Source of the DNA: Clostridia bacterium
GTDB taxonomy: Bacteria; Bacillota; Clostridia; TANB77; CAG-508
Direction of reading: 5' to 3'
DNA: 63,274 bases
Assembly (NCBI GenBank): GCA_045643205.1
Contig: JAZUKI010000008.1
Location: 1-63,274 of the forward strand
Both the position numbers and the translations under genes were made by a program. The notes below the pieces were generated by a model. It ran no database searches, was not told the DNA's origin, and worked only from the letters and a program-made list of their open reading frames with translations. Position 1 is the stretch's first letter. Every line of letters starts with the position of its first letter. This document shows, piece by piece, positions 17,478 through 27,854 of the stretch.

Positions 17478-17704
17478 GCTCCTAAAATTATTTAGTTTAT
17501 GATTTTTTTGTTTTTTTAGATTTTTTTAGATTTTTTAATTTTTAAAAATGCTTATTTAAGTTTCTTAATTGTACAAAAATAACAAGAAAACAGTTGACAT
17601 AAGCAAGAAAAGACTATAATATAACAGAATAGCAACAAATATACGCAATTGTTTTTTATTTATTGAGATTTGATTTTGTTATAAACTACGAAGGAGGGCT
17701 TGCC

Positions 17705-18103
17705 ATGAAAAATAACGAAATCATTGAAAAATTAAATCAGAAAGTTTTAGTAGCAAAGAATCTTAAAATTACTGCAAAAGAAAGATCGCAGTCACTTAGG
17801 AAGAGTAATCTCCAAGAAGATAGCGAGGTATATGATGAAGATGTTAAAAATATAGAAATATACCTTAAAGAGCTAACAGATGCAATCAACCTAGTAAAAA
17901 AATACGAAGGCATAGATTACAAATTTTATGATTCGAAAAATCTCTATTCGGGTGCTATGTGTAGTACAGGCGGAGTTGGAAGCATAATTAGTGCTAAGTT
18001 TAATTACATATACTATTATGCTTTTGGCAAAGATTTTGAAGAATGCTATCTGTATGTAGCGAACATTTTTGAAGTAGTAAAGGGAAATGAGTATTTTAAC
18101 TAA
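17705..18103 (+). CDS. Hypothetical protein (132 aa orphan)
   Basis: RBS AAGGAGGG before ATG 17705; TTGACA at 17594 upstream; terminator downstream. Confidence 0.75.
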   Translation: MKNNEIIEKLNQKVLVAKNLKITAKERSQSLRKSNLQEDSEVYDEDVKNIEIYLKELTDAINLVKKYEGIDYKFYDSKNLYSGAMCSTGGVGSIISAKFNYIYYYAFGKDFEECYLYVANIFEVVKGNEYFN

Positions 18104-18110
18104 ATTGCGT

Positions 18111-18145
18111 AGGGACTTCTGTATAAATACAGGAGTCTTTTTTTT
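18111..18145 (+). terminator. Intrinsic terminator
   Basis: AGGGACTTCTGTAT/ATACAGGAGTCTTT plus T-run. Confidence 0.85.
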
Positions 18146-18165
18146 ATGCAAAATTGGATAAAATT

Positions 18166-18261
18166 ATGTTCAAAAAATAATGAAAAAACATGTTCAAAAA
18201 ATAATGAAAAAATATGTCTAAAAAATAGTGAAAAAATATGTCTAAAAAATAGTGAAAAAAT
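18166..18261 (+). repeat. Tandem repeat, 4 x 24 bp
   Basis: ATGTTCAAAAAATAATGAAAAAA(C/T) x2, then ATGTCTAAAAAATAGTGAAAAAAT x2; no spacers. Confidence 0.9.
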
Positions 18262-18442
18262 GAACATAAAATGTCAATAAAACATTGATAATATAAGGGC
18301 TTTATGATAAAATATAAGTGTTATTTTGTGACCTGATTTATTGTAGCTTGTACAAAGTTATTTTTGATCAAAATTTGTTGATCTAAAATATCTTTTTAGA
18401 GGTTACAGATAGATCATCTCACATAAAATTTAGGAGGTAAAA

Positions 18443-20578
18443 ATGGTTAAATTTTATGAAATGGAGTTAGCAGGTAGAAAATTATCTATCGAAACAGGAA
18501 AATTTGCAGCTCAAGCAAATGCAAGTGTTACTGTTAGATATGGTGATACAATGCTTATGACTAACGTATGTGCTGCTAAGGAGGCACAAGATGGAATCGA
18601 CTTTTTCCCATTAACAATTAATTACGAGGAAAAAATGTACGCTGTTGGAAGAATTCCTGGAAGCTTTAACAGAAGAGAAGGAAAACCTTCTGATAAATCT
18701 GTTTTAGTTGCTAGAGCAATTGATAGACCAATCAGACCTTTATTCCCACATGATTTTAGAAATGATGTAGTAATTACAAATACAGTTTTAGCAGTTGATC
18801 CTGCATGCAATCCTGAGGTATGCGCTAATATTGGTACTGCAGCTGCACTTGCTATTTCTGATATTCCTTGGGGAGGACCTACAGGAGCAGTTCAAGTTGG
18901 ATTAATCGATGGAAAAATTATTATTAACCCAACTGAAGAAGAAAGTTTACAAAGCAAACTACATTTAACAGTTGCTGGAACATTAGAAAAAATTACAATG
19001 ATTGAAGCAGGCGCTGATGAAGTTCCTAACGATGTTATGCTTCAAGCAATTAAAGAAGCACATATTGAAATTAAAAAAGTTTGTGAATTTATTCAAAAAA
19101 TCAAAGATGAAATTGGCAAACCTAAATTTGAATATCAATCATTTGCAGTTGATACAGAGTTCTTTGCTAAAGTTACAGAAGTTTTAGATACAGAAATGTA
19201 TGAAGCTGTACAAAATACAGATAAAGAACAAAGAAACGCAGATGTTGATGTTGTTTCTGAAAAGATTAAACAAATTGCTATTGAGATGTGGGGCGAAGAT
19301 GCTGAAACAGAGCATGCATTTGATATTGCTACTGCTATTCATGATTTGGAAAAAGCTTGTGTTAGAAGAATGATTTTAAAAGAACATAAGAGACCAGATG
19401 GAAGGGCAATTGATGAAGTAAGACAATTAAATGCAGAAGTTGGATTAGTTCCAAGAGTTCATGGTAGTGGTTTATTCTCAAGAGGACAAACTCAAGTTTT
19501 AACAATTTGTACTTTAGGTACAAAGGATGATGCTCAAATGCTTGATGGATTAGATAGCGTTACATCAAAGAGATATATGCATCAATATAACTTTCCTGGA
19601 TATTCAGTTGGTGAAGCAAAAGCACCTAAGTCACCAGGAAGAAGAGAAATTGGACACGGAGCTTTAGCTGAAAGAGCATTAGTTCCAGTTATTCCTTCTG
19701 AAGAAGAATTCCCATATTCTTTAAGACTTGTTTCAGAAGTACTTGAATCAAATGGTTCAACATCACAAGCTTCAATTTGTGGTTCAACACTAGCACTTAT
19801 GGATGCAGGTGTTCCAATTAAAAAACCAGTTGCTGGTATCTCTTGTGGATTAGTTACAAATCCAGATGATCCATCAGACTATATAATGCTAACAGATATT
19901 CAAGATATTGAAGATTTCTTTGGAGATATGGATTTTAAAGTTGGTGGAACAAAAGATGGTATTACAGCTATTCAAGTTGATATCAAGATTGATGGTTTAA
20001 CATATGACTTTATCGAACAAGCTTTTGAAAGAACAAAGATTGCAAGAGATATGATTATTGATGAATATATTTTAAAAGCAATTCCAGAACCAAGAAAAGA
20101 ATTATCACCATTTGCACCAAGAGTTACATTTATGAAAATTGATGTTGATAAGATTAAAGAAGTTATTGGTAAAGGCGGAGAAACAATTAATAAAATTATT
20201 GATGCTACTGGAGTTAAGATTGATATTGAACAAGATGGTTCTGTTTTAATTTATGCAGTTGATCAAGAATCTGGAAAGAAAGCTGAAAGCATGATTAATG
20301 CAATTGCTAAAGATCCAGAAGAAGGCGCAATTTATGATGGAAAAGTTACATCAATTACTGCTTTCGGTGCTTTTGTTGATATTGGCGGAGGCAAAGAAGG
20401 ATTAGTTCATATTTCTAAGATTTCTGAACAAAGAATTGAAAAAGTTGAAGATGTTTTAAAAATCGGAGATGAAGTAAAAGTTAAAGTTATGAAAGTTGAC
20501 AAAGTAAAAGGAAAAATAGAGTTAAGCATGAAAGATGTAAATTCTACAACTCATGTAACTGAAGAACCTGTTGAATAA
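18443..20578 (+). CDS. pnp: Polyribonucleotide nucleotidyltransferase (PNPase)
   Basis: FFPLTINYEEK, RREIGHG, SNGSTSQASICG, GDMDFKVGG, KH and S1 domains. Confidence 0.98.
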   Translation: MVKFYEMELAGRKLSIETGKFAAQANASVTVRYGDTMLMTNVCAAKEAQDGIDFFPLTINYEEKMYAVGRIPGSFNRREGKPSDKSVLVARAIDRPIRPLFPHDFRNDVVITNTVLAVDPACNPEVCANIGTAAALAISDIPWGGPTGAVQVGLIDGKIIINPTEEESLQSKLHLTVAGTLEKITMIEAGADEVPNDVMLQAIKEAHIEIKKVCEFIQKIKDEIGKPKFEYQSFAVDTEFFAKVTEVLDTEMYEAVQNTDKEQRNADVDVVSEKIKQIAIEMWGEDAETEHAFDIATAIHDLEKACVRRMILKEHKRPDGRAIDEVRQLNAEVGLVPRVHGSGLFSRGQTQVLTICTLGTKDDAQMLDGLDSVTSKRYMHQYNFPGYSVGEAKAPKSPGRREIGHGALAERALVPVIPSEEEFPYSLRLVSEVLESNGSTSQASICGSTLALMDAGVPIKKPVAGISCGLVTNPDDPSDYIMLTDIQDIEDFFGDMDFKVGGTKDGITAIQVDIKIDGLTYDFIEQAFERTKIARDMIIDEYILKAIPEPRKELSPFAPRVTFMKIDVDKIKEVIGKGGETINKIIDATGVKIDIEQDGSVLIYAVDQESGKKAESMINAIAKDPEEGAIYDGKVTSITAFGAFVDIGGGKEGLVHISKISEQRIEKVEDVLKIGDEVKVKVMKVDKVKGKIELSMKDVNSTTHVTEEPVE

Positions 20579-20602
20579 TAAAAGAAAGGGAAGATTAATA
20601 AT

Positions 20603-21847
20603 ATGCAAATATTATATTTTATCCAACAATCAATTATTTGGATTATAACAATTTATTATATTTATGAATTACTAATTTCAGTTTTTTCATTTGTTAAACT
20701 TAAAGATAAACCTTTGATAGTAGAAAAAAATCATAAATTTATTTGTATTTTACCAGCACATAATGAAGAGGCAGTTATAGGAAACTTAGTTCACAGTTTA
20801 CAACAACAAACATATCCAAAAGAATTTTATGATGTATGTGTTATTGCTGATAATTGTGATGATAATACTGCAGAGATAGCTAAAGAAGCTGGTGCTATGG
20901 TTTTTGAAAGACATGAACCTGATAAGGCAAAAAGAACAAAAGGTTTTGCATTACAAAAATACATCGGAACATTATTAGATGATGAAAATATGGACTATGA
21001 TGCTTTTTGTATTTTTGATGCAGATAATATTGTTGATGAACATTTCCTTGAAGCAATGAACAAACATTTATGCCAAGGTGAAGAAGTTGTACAAGGATAT
21101 AGAGATATTAAGAACCCAACTGATAGCTGGATAGCATCTGGATACGCTTTGTTCTATTGGATGATGAATAGATTCTACCATTTAGCTAGATATAATGCTG
21201 GACTTTCAGCATTATTAAATGGTACTGGATTTATGGTTAAGTTTGATTGCATCAGAGATAAAGGTTGGGATACTAATACTTTAACAGAAGATATTGAGTT
21301 CTCAATAAAATCTATGATTGGTGGAAAGAAAGTTGGATGGGCTACAGATGCAAAAGTTTATGATGAAGAGCCTGTTGATTTTAAACCATCATGGAAGCAA
21401 AGACAAAGATGGACAGTTGGACATATTCAAGTTATGAAGGAATATACAAAACCATTATTTAAATCTACTAAAGAATTTAAGTCATTAACAAATATTGATG
21501 GTTTGTTATACATAGCCGGAAGTATTCCGATGTTTATAGTTACAATCTTGTTATTGTTATCAAATGCAGTTGTTTATTTAAATCAAGGAATGTCAACAGA
21601 TGATTTCTTAATAAACATTTTGAAATATATTATTCCAACATTTATATTACCAATTATAACTGCTGCATTTACAATGATATTAGAACATAAATCATTTAAG
21701 GGAATGTGGAAGGGATTATTACTATATCCATTATTTATGGGTTCATGGTTATTAATCAACTTTAAATGTTTATTCGTTCAAAACACAAGCTGGGATAAGA
21801 TTGATCACACAAGAAGTGTAAAGATTGAAGAAGTAAAAAATAAATAA
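20603..21847 (+). CDS. Family 2 processive membrane glycosyltransferase
   Basis: PAHNEE, DAD, TED, QRQRW (QxxRW) motifs; TM helices. Confidence 0.9.
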   Translation: MQILYFIQQSIIWIITIYYIYELLISVFSFVKLKDKPLIVEKNHKFICILPAHNEEAVIGNLVHSLQQQTYPKEFYDVCVIADNCDDNTAEIAKEAGAMVFERHEPDKAKRTKGFALQKYIGTLLDDENMDYDAFCIFDADNIVDEHFLEAMNKHLCQGEEVVQGYRDIKNPTDSWIASGYALFYWMMNRFYHLARYNAGLSALLNGTGFMVKFDCIRDKGWDTNTLTEDIEFSIKSMIGGKKVGWATDAKVYDEEPVDFKPSWKQRQRWTVGHIQVMKEYTKPLFKSTKEFKSLTNIDGLLYIAGSIPMFIVTILLLLSNAVVYLNQGMSTDDFLINILKYIIPTFILPIITAAFTMILEHKSFKGMWKGLLLYPLFMGSWLLINFKCLFVQNTSWDKIDHTRSVKIEEVKNK

Positions 21848-21937
21848 AACTTTAAAATAGTTTGTTATAAAAACAATTTTTGTAATAAAAGATTTTAAAA
21901 TGAAAAGATGAGAAATAAATTAAAAGAGGTTAGTTAA

Positions 21938-22795
21938 ATGCTTTTTGGAACAACTAAAGTTTATGCTTTTGTAGGCCCTTCAGGTACAGGTAAGAGTTAC
22001 AGGGCACAAATGGTAGCAAATGAACATGATATCAGATATATCATTGATGATGGAATTTTAATTAGAGATAATTATATTGTTGAGGGTAGTTCTGCTAAGA
22101 GAGCTGAAACAAAAATTGAAACTGTTAAGAAAGCAATCTTTGTTGATGAAGAACAAAAGAAAGCTATGATTAAAGCTTTGAAAAGATGTAAACCTGAATC
22201 AATTTTAATTCTAGGAACTTCTGATGGAATGGTTGAAAAGATTCAACAAAATTTGAAGTTACCTAAAATTATGAAAACAATATATATTACTGATGTTGCT
22301 ACAAAAGAAGAAATTGCAAATGCAAAGAGAACTAGAGTTCAAGAAGGAAAACATGTAATTCCTGTTCCAACATTTGAAATAAAAAAAGATTTCTCTGGTT
22401 ATTTATTAGATCCATTACAGATTTTTAAGACTAGAAGAAATAACAATCCATATATTGCTGAGAATTCAATTATTCGTCCAACATTTTCATATATTGGAAA
22501 TTTCACAATTTCAGATACAGTATTTAGACAAATAATTGAATATCTTGCAACTAAGAATCAATCAATTTATCAAATATTAAGAGTAAATGTAACCAAGGCT
22601 AAGAATGATATTCCACCTTCAATTTATATTGAAGTAGAAGTTAATTTCGGTTGCAATATAAAAAATGAATTAAAAGAGTTTAAAGAAAAAGTTCAAAAGG
22701 AACTTGAAACTCAAACAGCAATGAACTTCTCTGGTATTACAATTGTTGCAAAGAAAATCAAATTACCAAATGATGAATCAATGTATTTAAATTAA
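21938..22795 (+). CDS. P-loop protein with C-terminal Asp23/Gls24-like domain (conserved in Clostridia)
   Basis: GPSGTGKS Walker A, IIDDG, GKHVIPVPT, SIIRPTFSY. Confidence 0.75.
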   Translation: MLFGTTKVYAFVGPSGTGKSYRAQMVANEHDIRYIIDDGILIRDNYIVEGSSAKRAETKIETVKKAIFVDEEQKKAMIKALKRCKPESILILGTSDGMVEKIQQNLKLPKIMKTIYITDVATKEEIANAKRTRVQEGKHVIPVPTFEIKKDFSGYLLDPLQIFKTRRNNNPYIAENSIIRPTFSYIGNFTISDTVFRQIIEYLATKNQSIYQILRVNVTKAKNDIPPSIYIEVEVNFGCNIKNELKEFKEKVQKELETQTAMNFSGITIVAKKIKLPNDESMYLN

Positions 22796-22820
22796 AAATA
22801 AAATAAGTGAGGATAATGAA

Positions 22821-24194
22821 ATGTCTTTTATAGTTGCAATTGATGGACCATCAGGTTCAGGTAAAGGAACAGTTACACCAGCATTAGCTGAAAAATTTAA
22901 TTTAATGTATTTGGATACTGGTGCTACTTACAGATGTGTAACACTAAAACTTCTTAGAGAAAAAGTTGATTTTGATGATATTCCTGCAGTTCAAAAAGTT
23001 CTTGATAATATTAAAATTGAATTCAAGAAAATTCCTAAACCTAAGGACTGCAAAGATGAACATTATGAACCTAAAAGAGTTTTTGTTGATGGAGAGGACG
23101 TAACTAAAGAAATTAGAGAAGCAGATGTTGCTAAAAATGTTTCTCCTGTTTCTCATATTCCAGAAGTTAGAAAAGCAATGGTTAGTCTTCAAAGAAAAAT
23201 GTCTGAAGGTAAAGATGTTATTCTTGAAGGTAGAGATATCGGAACTAACGTATTTCCAAATGCTGATGTTAAAATTTATTTAGACGCAAGCTTTGATGAA
23301 AGAGTTAGAAGAAGAATAAAACAAAATAAAGAAAAAGGCATCGAGATGTCTGATGAAGAAGTTAGAAAAAACATGGAGACACGTGATTATAACGATGCTC
23401 ATTCAGATGTTGGTCCTTTAAAAAAAGCAGATGATGCAATTTATGTAGATACTACTGGTAAGTCAATAAAGAAGAACGTTAAGAACATTGCAAAGATAAT
23501 TAAAAAGGCAAAAAAAAACCGCGAAATTATTGAAAAAGCATATATAATGACTCCTGAAACTACAAGTAAAAAGATTAGAAGAAAACTTACAAAATGGTAT
23601 TTATCAGCCCTATATCATATTGTTTATAGAATCAGAAGATCTAATTTGGCAGCTGTAAATGATAGAAGTAAAGGTTATATTATTACTGCTAATCATGTTA
23701 ATTACATTGATGCCGCAGCAATTATATTACTAAATTATAGACCGATTAGATTTATTGAAAAAGCTGATTTAAATAGAATTTGGATTATCCGTCATTGGAG
23801 CCGTCTATTTAATATTATTCCTGTAAAGAGAGATACAGGAGATATAGGAACTGTAAAACTTGTACTTCAAGGATTAAAGAACAAAGAGGTAATTGGAATT
23901 TTCCCAGAAGGTACTAGAAATGGTATGGAGAAAGGAAAAGATATAAAGAACGGCGCTGTTTACATGGCTTATAAAGGAAAAGTAGAAATTATTCCTGTTG
24001 GTATTGCTGGTTCATTTAAACCTTTTACAAGAGTTTATATTAATTATGGTGATCCAATTGATGTAGCAAAATTTAAGACTGATGATCCAAATTGGTTAGA
24101 TAATGCTACTGAAGAAGTTATGAAACAAGTTGTTAAATTATCAGATAAAGATTACTACAAAAATTATATGAAAGCACAACGTGAAAAGAGGTAA
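22821..24194 (+). CDS. cmk: Cytidylate kinase / 1-acyl-sn-glycerol-3-phosphate acyltransferase fusion
   Basis: N-terminal IDGPSGSGKGT, LDTGATYR, EGRDIGT; C-terminal PlsC motifs NHVNYID and FPEGTR in one frame. Confidence 0.92.
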   Translation: MSFIVAIDGPSGSGKGTVTPALAEKFNLMYLDTGATYRCVTLKLLREKVDFDDIPAVQKVLDNIKIEFKKIPKPKDCKDEHYEPKRVFVDGEDVTKEIREADVAKNVSPVSHIPEVRKAMVSLQRKMSEGKDVILEGRDIGTNVFPNADVKIYLDASFDERVRRRIKQNKEKGIEMSDEEVRKNMETRDYNDAHSDVGPLKKADDAIYVDTTGKSIKKNVKNIAKIIKKAKKNREIIEKAYIMTPETTSKKIRRKLTKWYLSALYHIVYRIRRSNLAAVNDRSKGYIITANHVNYIDAAAIILLNYRPIRFIEKADLNRIWIIRHWSRLFNIIPVKRDTGDIGTVKLVLQGLKNKEVIGIFPEGTRNGMEKGKDIKNGAVYMAYKGKVEIIPVGIAGSFKPFTRVYINYGDPIDVAKFKTDDPNWLDNATEEVMKQVVKLSDKDYYKNYMKAQREKR

Positions 24195-24198
24195 CAAG

Positions 24199-25356
24199 AT
24201 GGAAGAAGATAATAAATCATTCGAAGAATTATTAAATGATTCAATGAATAAGAAAACAAAATTAGACAAGATTGTTGAAGGTAAAGTAATTAATGTTACA
24301 AGTTCTGGAGAAATCTATGTCGATATAAATTATAAGGCTGATGGAATTATTCCTAAGAGTGAATATTCATTTGATGAGAATGCTAACCCAGCTGATGAAT
24401 TTAAACCTGGAGATAGTATTACTGCTGAAGTAATTAAAATGAATGATGGATTAGGAAATGTTTTACTTTCTTATAAAAAACTTCAAGCTAAATTAAAAAG
24501 AGATGAGTTTGAGAAGAAAGTTAATAACAAAGAAGTATTTGAAGAAAATGTTTCTTCATCAAATGCTAACGGTCTAATTGTTGAATACAATGGAATTAGA
24601 ATTTTCATTCCTAATTCTTTGTCAGCAGGACAAAAAGATAAAGTTAGATTTAGAGTTATTGAATACAATCCAAAAGATCATAAAGTTATTGGTTCATGTA
24701 AAGTTTTAGTTGATGAAGCTAAAGCAGAAAATGAAAAGAAGTTCTGGGATGAGGCTAAAGAAGGAAAAGAATATCAAGGTGTTGTAGCAAGCATTAGTTC
24801 GTATGGCGCTTTCATTGATATTAATGGCGTACAAGGTTTACTTCATATTAGCGAAATGTCTTGGGATAGAGAAGCTAGAGCTAATGATATTTTAAAAGAA
24901 GGTCAAAAAGTTAAAGTTAGAATTAAAACTTTAGACAAAGAAAACAAGAGAATTCAACTTGCTTATGATGGCAAGGGAGAAGATCCTTGGGATACATTAT
25001 CAATTAAGGTTAATGATGTAATTAAAGTTAAGATTAAATCAATTAAACCTTTTGGTGCTTTTGCAAATGTTGCACCTACAATTGATGGATTAATTCATAT
25101 TTCACAAATTAGTAGTGAAAAAATTGCTAAACCTGAAGACAAGATTAAAGTTGGTCAAGAGGTTGAAACAAAAGTTATAAATATTGATAAAGAAAATAGA
25201 AAAGTTGAATTATCAATTAAAGAATTAGAAGGTAAGAAAGTTGAAGGAGCTAATAGTAGTGATGAAACTGCTAGTGGTGAAACAATTTTATGGAGCTCTG
25301 AAACAGCAGCTCAAAATAAAGAAGAAAATTTGGAAGGAGATGAATCTAAAAATTAA
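24199..25356 (+). CDS. rpsA: S1 RNA-binding domain protein (ribosomal protein S1)
   Basis: Repeated S1 domains (GLLHISEMSW, GLIHISQIS); downstream of cmk; RBS GAGG before ATG 24199. Confidence 0.85.
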   Translation: MEEDNKSFEELLNDSMNKKTKLDKIVEGKVINVTSSGEIYVDINYKADGIIPKSEYSFDENANPADEFKPGDSITAEVIKMNDGLGNVLLSYKKLQAKLKRDEFEKKVNNKEVFEENVSSSNANGLIVEYNGIRIFIPNSLSAGQKDKVRFRVIEYNPKDHKVIGSCKVLVDEAKAENEKKFWDEAKEGKEYQGVVASISSYGAFIDINGVQGLLHISEMSWDREARANDILKEGQKVKVRIKTLDKENKRIQLAYDGKGEDPWDTLSIKVNDVIKVKIKSIKPFGAFANVAPTIDGLIHISQISSEKIAKPEDKIKVGQEVETKVINIDKENRKVELSIKELEGKKVEGANSSDETASGETILWSSETAAQNKEENLEGDESKN

Positions 25357-25381
25357 TTAATAATTTTTAGGCAAGAATAAA

Positions 25382-27211
25382 ATGATAAACGATAAGATTA
25401 GAAATATAGCAATTATAGCCCATGTTGATCATGGCAAAACTACATTAGTTGATGCTTTATTAAAGCAAAGCAATGTTTTTAGAGATAATGAACAAGTAGA
25501 AGAAAGAATTATGGATTCTAATGATTTGGAGAAAGAAAGAGGAATTACAATTCTTTCAAAGAATACAACAGTAAAATATAATGATGTTAAAATTAATATT
25601 TTTGATACACCAGGACATGCTGATTTTGAAGGTGAAGTTGAGCGTGTATTAAAAATGGTTGATGGTGTTTTACTTTTAGTTGATGCTTTTGATGGACCAA
25701 TGCCTCAAACAAGAGAAGTATTAAAGAAAGCTTTAGCATTAAATTTACAACCAGTTGTTGTTATTAACAAAATTGATAGACCAGGAGCTGATCCATTAAA
25801 AGTTGTTGATAAAGTTTTAGAATTATTCATGGACTTAAATGCAACAGATGAACAATTAGAATTCCCAGTTGTTTATGCATCAGCAAAAAATGGTATTGCT
25901 AAGATGAATTTAAATGATGAAACAGATAACATTACATGTATCTTTGATACTATCATTGATAAGATTTCAGGACCAGAAGTTGATCCAGAGGGTGCAACAC
26001 AATTATTAGTTTCTAATATCCAATATGATGATTATTTAGGAAGATTAGCAATTGGTAGAGTTGAAAGAGGTATTGTAAAACAAGGTGACAACGTTGTTAT
26101 TTGTAGAGAAAATGGAAACATTAGTGCTAAGATTTCAAAATTATTTACATATGAAGGATTAAATAAAGTTGAAGTTGAAACAGTTGAAGCAGGAGATATT
26201 TGCTGTATTGCAGGTTTATCAGAAATCAATATCGGTGATACAATTGCTGATCCAGCTCATCCAGATAAAATTCCTTTTGTTAACATTGATGAACCAACAG
26301 TTTCTATGACATTCTCTGTTAATGATGGACCATTCGCTGGTAAAGAAGGAAAATTCGTTACTTCAAGACATATTAGAGATAGATTAATGAAAGAACTTGA
26401 AAGAAATGTTTCATTAAGAGTTAAAGAAACAGAGAAAGCAGATAGCTTTGAAGTTTCTGGTAGAGGTGAATTACATTTATCAGTTTTAATTGAAACAATG
26501 AGAAGAGAAGGATTTGAACTTTTAGTTTCAAGACCTAAAGTTATTTTCAAAGATATTGATGGTGTTAAATGCGAACCATATGAAACATTAGCTGTTAATG
26601 TTCCAGAAGATACAGCAGGAACTGTTATCCAAAAGATTGGTGTAAGAAAAGGTGAAATGGTTAATATGGAACCAGGTGAACCAGGACATACAAAAATTGA
26701 ATTCGTTATTCCTGCAAGAGGATTAATAGGATATAGAACTGAGTTCTTAACAGATACTAGAGGATCAGGTGTTATGTCTTCAGTATTTAAAGAATATGGT
26801 CCTTTCAAGGGAGATATTCAATCAAGAACTAGAGGAACAATCGTTGCTTTTGAACAAGGAACATCTATTACATACGGATTATATAATGCTCAATTAAGAG
26901 GAGAGTTATTAATCGGTGCAGGTGTTGATGTTTACGAAGGTATGGTTGTTGGTATAAATTCAAGACAAGAAGATATTTCAGTAAACGTATGTAAAGAAAA
27001 ACATTTAACAAATACTAGAGCATCTGGATCTGATGAAGCTTTAAGATTAGTTCCACCAGTTCAAATGTCATTAGAGCAAGCTATTGAATTTATTGCTGAT
27101 GATGAATTAGTTGAAGTAACTCCTTCAAACATCAGAATCAGAAAGAAAATTCTTGATACAAAAACAAGAGAAAGAGAATTCAAGAGATCTCAAATTCATA
27201 AAGATGAATAA
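25382..27211 (+). CDS. typA: Translational GTPase TypA/BipA
   Basis: AHVDHGKTT, DTPGHADF, GRGELHL, KHLTNTRASG. Confidence 0.97.
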   Translation: MINDKIRNIAIIAHVDHGKTTLVDALLKQSNVFRDNEQVEERIMDSNDLEKERGITILSKNTTVKYNDVKINIFDTPGHADFEGEVERVLKMVDGVLLLVDAFDGPMPQTREVLKKALALNLQPVVVINKIDRPGADPLKVVDKVLELFMDLNATDEQLEFPVVYASAKNGIAKMNLNDETDNITCIFDTIIDKISGPEVDPEGATQLLVSNIQYDDYLGRLAIGRVERGIVKQGDNVVICRENGNISAKISKLFTYEGLNKVEVETVEAGDICCIAGLSEINIGDTIADPAHPDKIPFVNIDEPTVSMTFSVNDGPFAGKEGKFVTSRHIRDRLMKELERNVSLRVKETEKADSFEVSGRGELHLSVLIETMRREGFELLVSRPKVIFKDIDGVKCEPYETLAVNVPEDTAGTVIQKIGVRKGEMVNMEPGEPGHTKIEFVIPARGLIGYRTEFLTDTRGSGVMSSVFKEYGPFKGDIQSRTRGTIVAFEQGTSITYGLYNAQLRGELLIGAGVDVYEGMVVGINSRQEDISVNVCKEKHLTNTRASGSDEALRLVPPVQMSLEQAIEFIADDELVEVTPSNIRIRKKILDTKTREREFKRSQIHKDE

Positions 27212-27232
27212 TTTAATTATAGAAAGACTATT

Positions 27233-27814
27233 ATGAATAAACTAGATAAAATAAAAAAAGAAGCTATTGAAAATCATGTTCCAATTATTATGGATGATAC
27301 TTTAAGTAAAATTACTGAAATAATTGGAACTAGAAAACTTCATAGAATTTTAGAAATAGGTACTGCTACAGGATATTCAGCATTATGTTTTGAAAACTTA
27401 TTAGATGATGATGGAATCATTGATACAATTGAAAGAGATGAAGAAAGAATTAAAAAAGCAAAATCTAATTTTGAATTAATGGGTGTAACAAATATTAATT
27501 TACATGAAGGTGATGCTTATGAAATTATTCAAACTCTAGATAATAAGTATGATATGGTTTTTATTGATGCTAATAAAGGTAAATATGATTTTTATTTAGA
27601 TCATGCATTAAGAATGCTTGATAAAGATGGAATTATATTTGCAGATAACATTTTATATAAAGGATATGTAATGAGTGGCTACAATTTGCATAAGCAAAGA
27701 ACAGCAGTTACACATTTGAGAAATTATATTAAGAAGTCAACTGAAGACGATAGATTAGAATCTAAGATTTATGAAGTTGGTGACGGATTAGAAGTTACAA
27801 CTTGGAAAAAATAA
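27233..27814 (+). CDS. O-methyltransferase (YrrM/TrmR-like)
   Basis: HVPII, LEIGTATGYSAL, FIDANKG, DNIL, VGDG. Confidence 0.85.
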   Translation: MNKLDKIKKEAIENHVPIIMDDTLSKITEIIGTRKLHRILEIGTATGYSALCFENLLDDDGIIDTIERDEERIKKAKSNFELMGVTNINLHEGDAYEIIQTLDNKYDMVFIDANKGKYDFYLDHALRMLDKDGIIFADNILYKGYVMSGYNLHKQRTAVTHLRNYIKKSTEDDRLESKIYEVGDGLEVTTWKK

Positions 27815-27854
27815 TTACAAGTAAATTCAAAACGTAAAATAGTGGGGGAATAAA

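Noticed and set aside
18166-18261. CRISPR array
   Set aside because: Units are contiguous with no unique spacers, and there are no cas genes.
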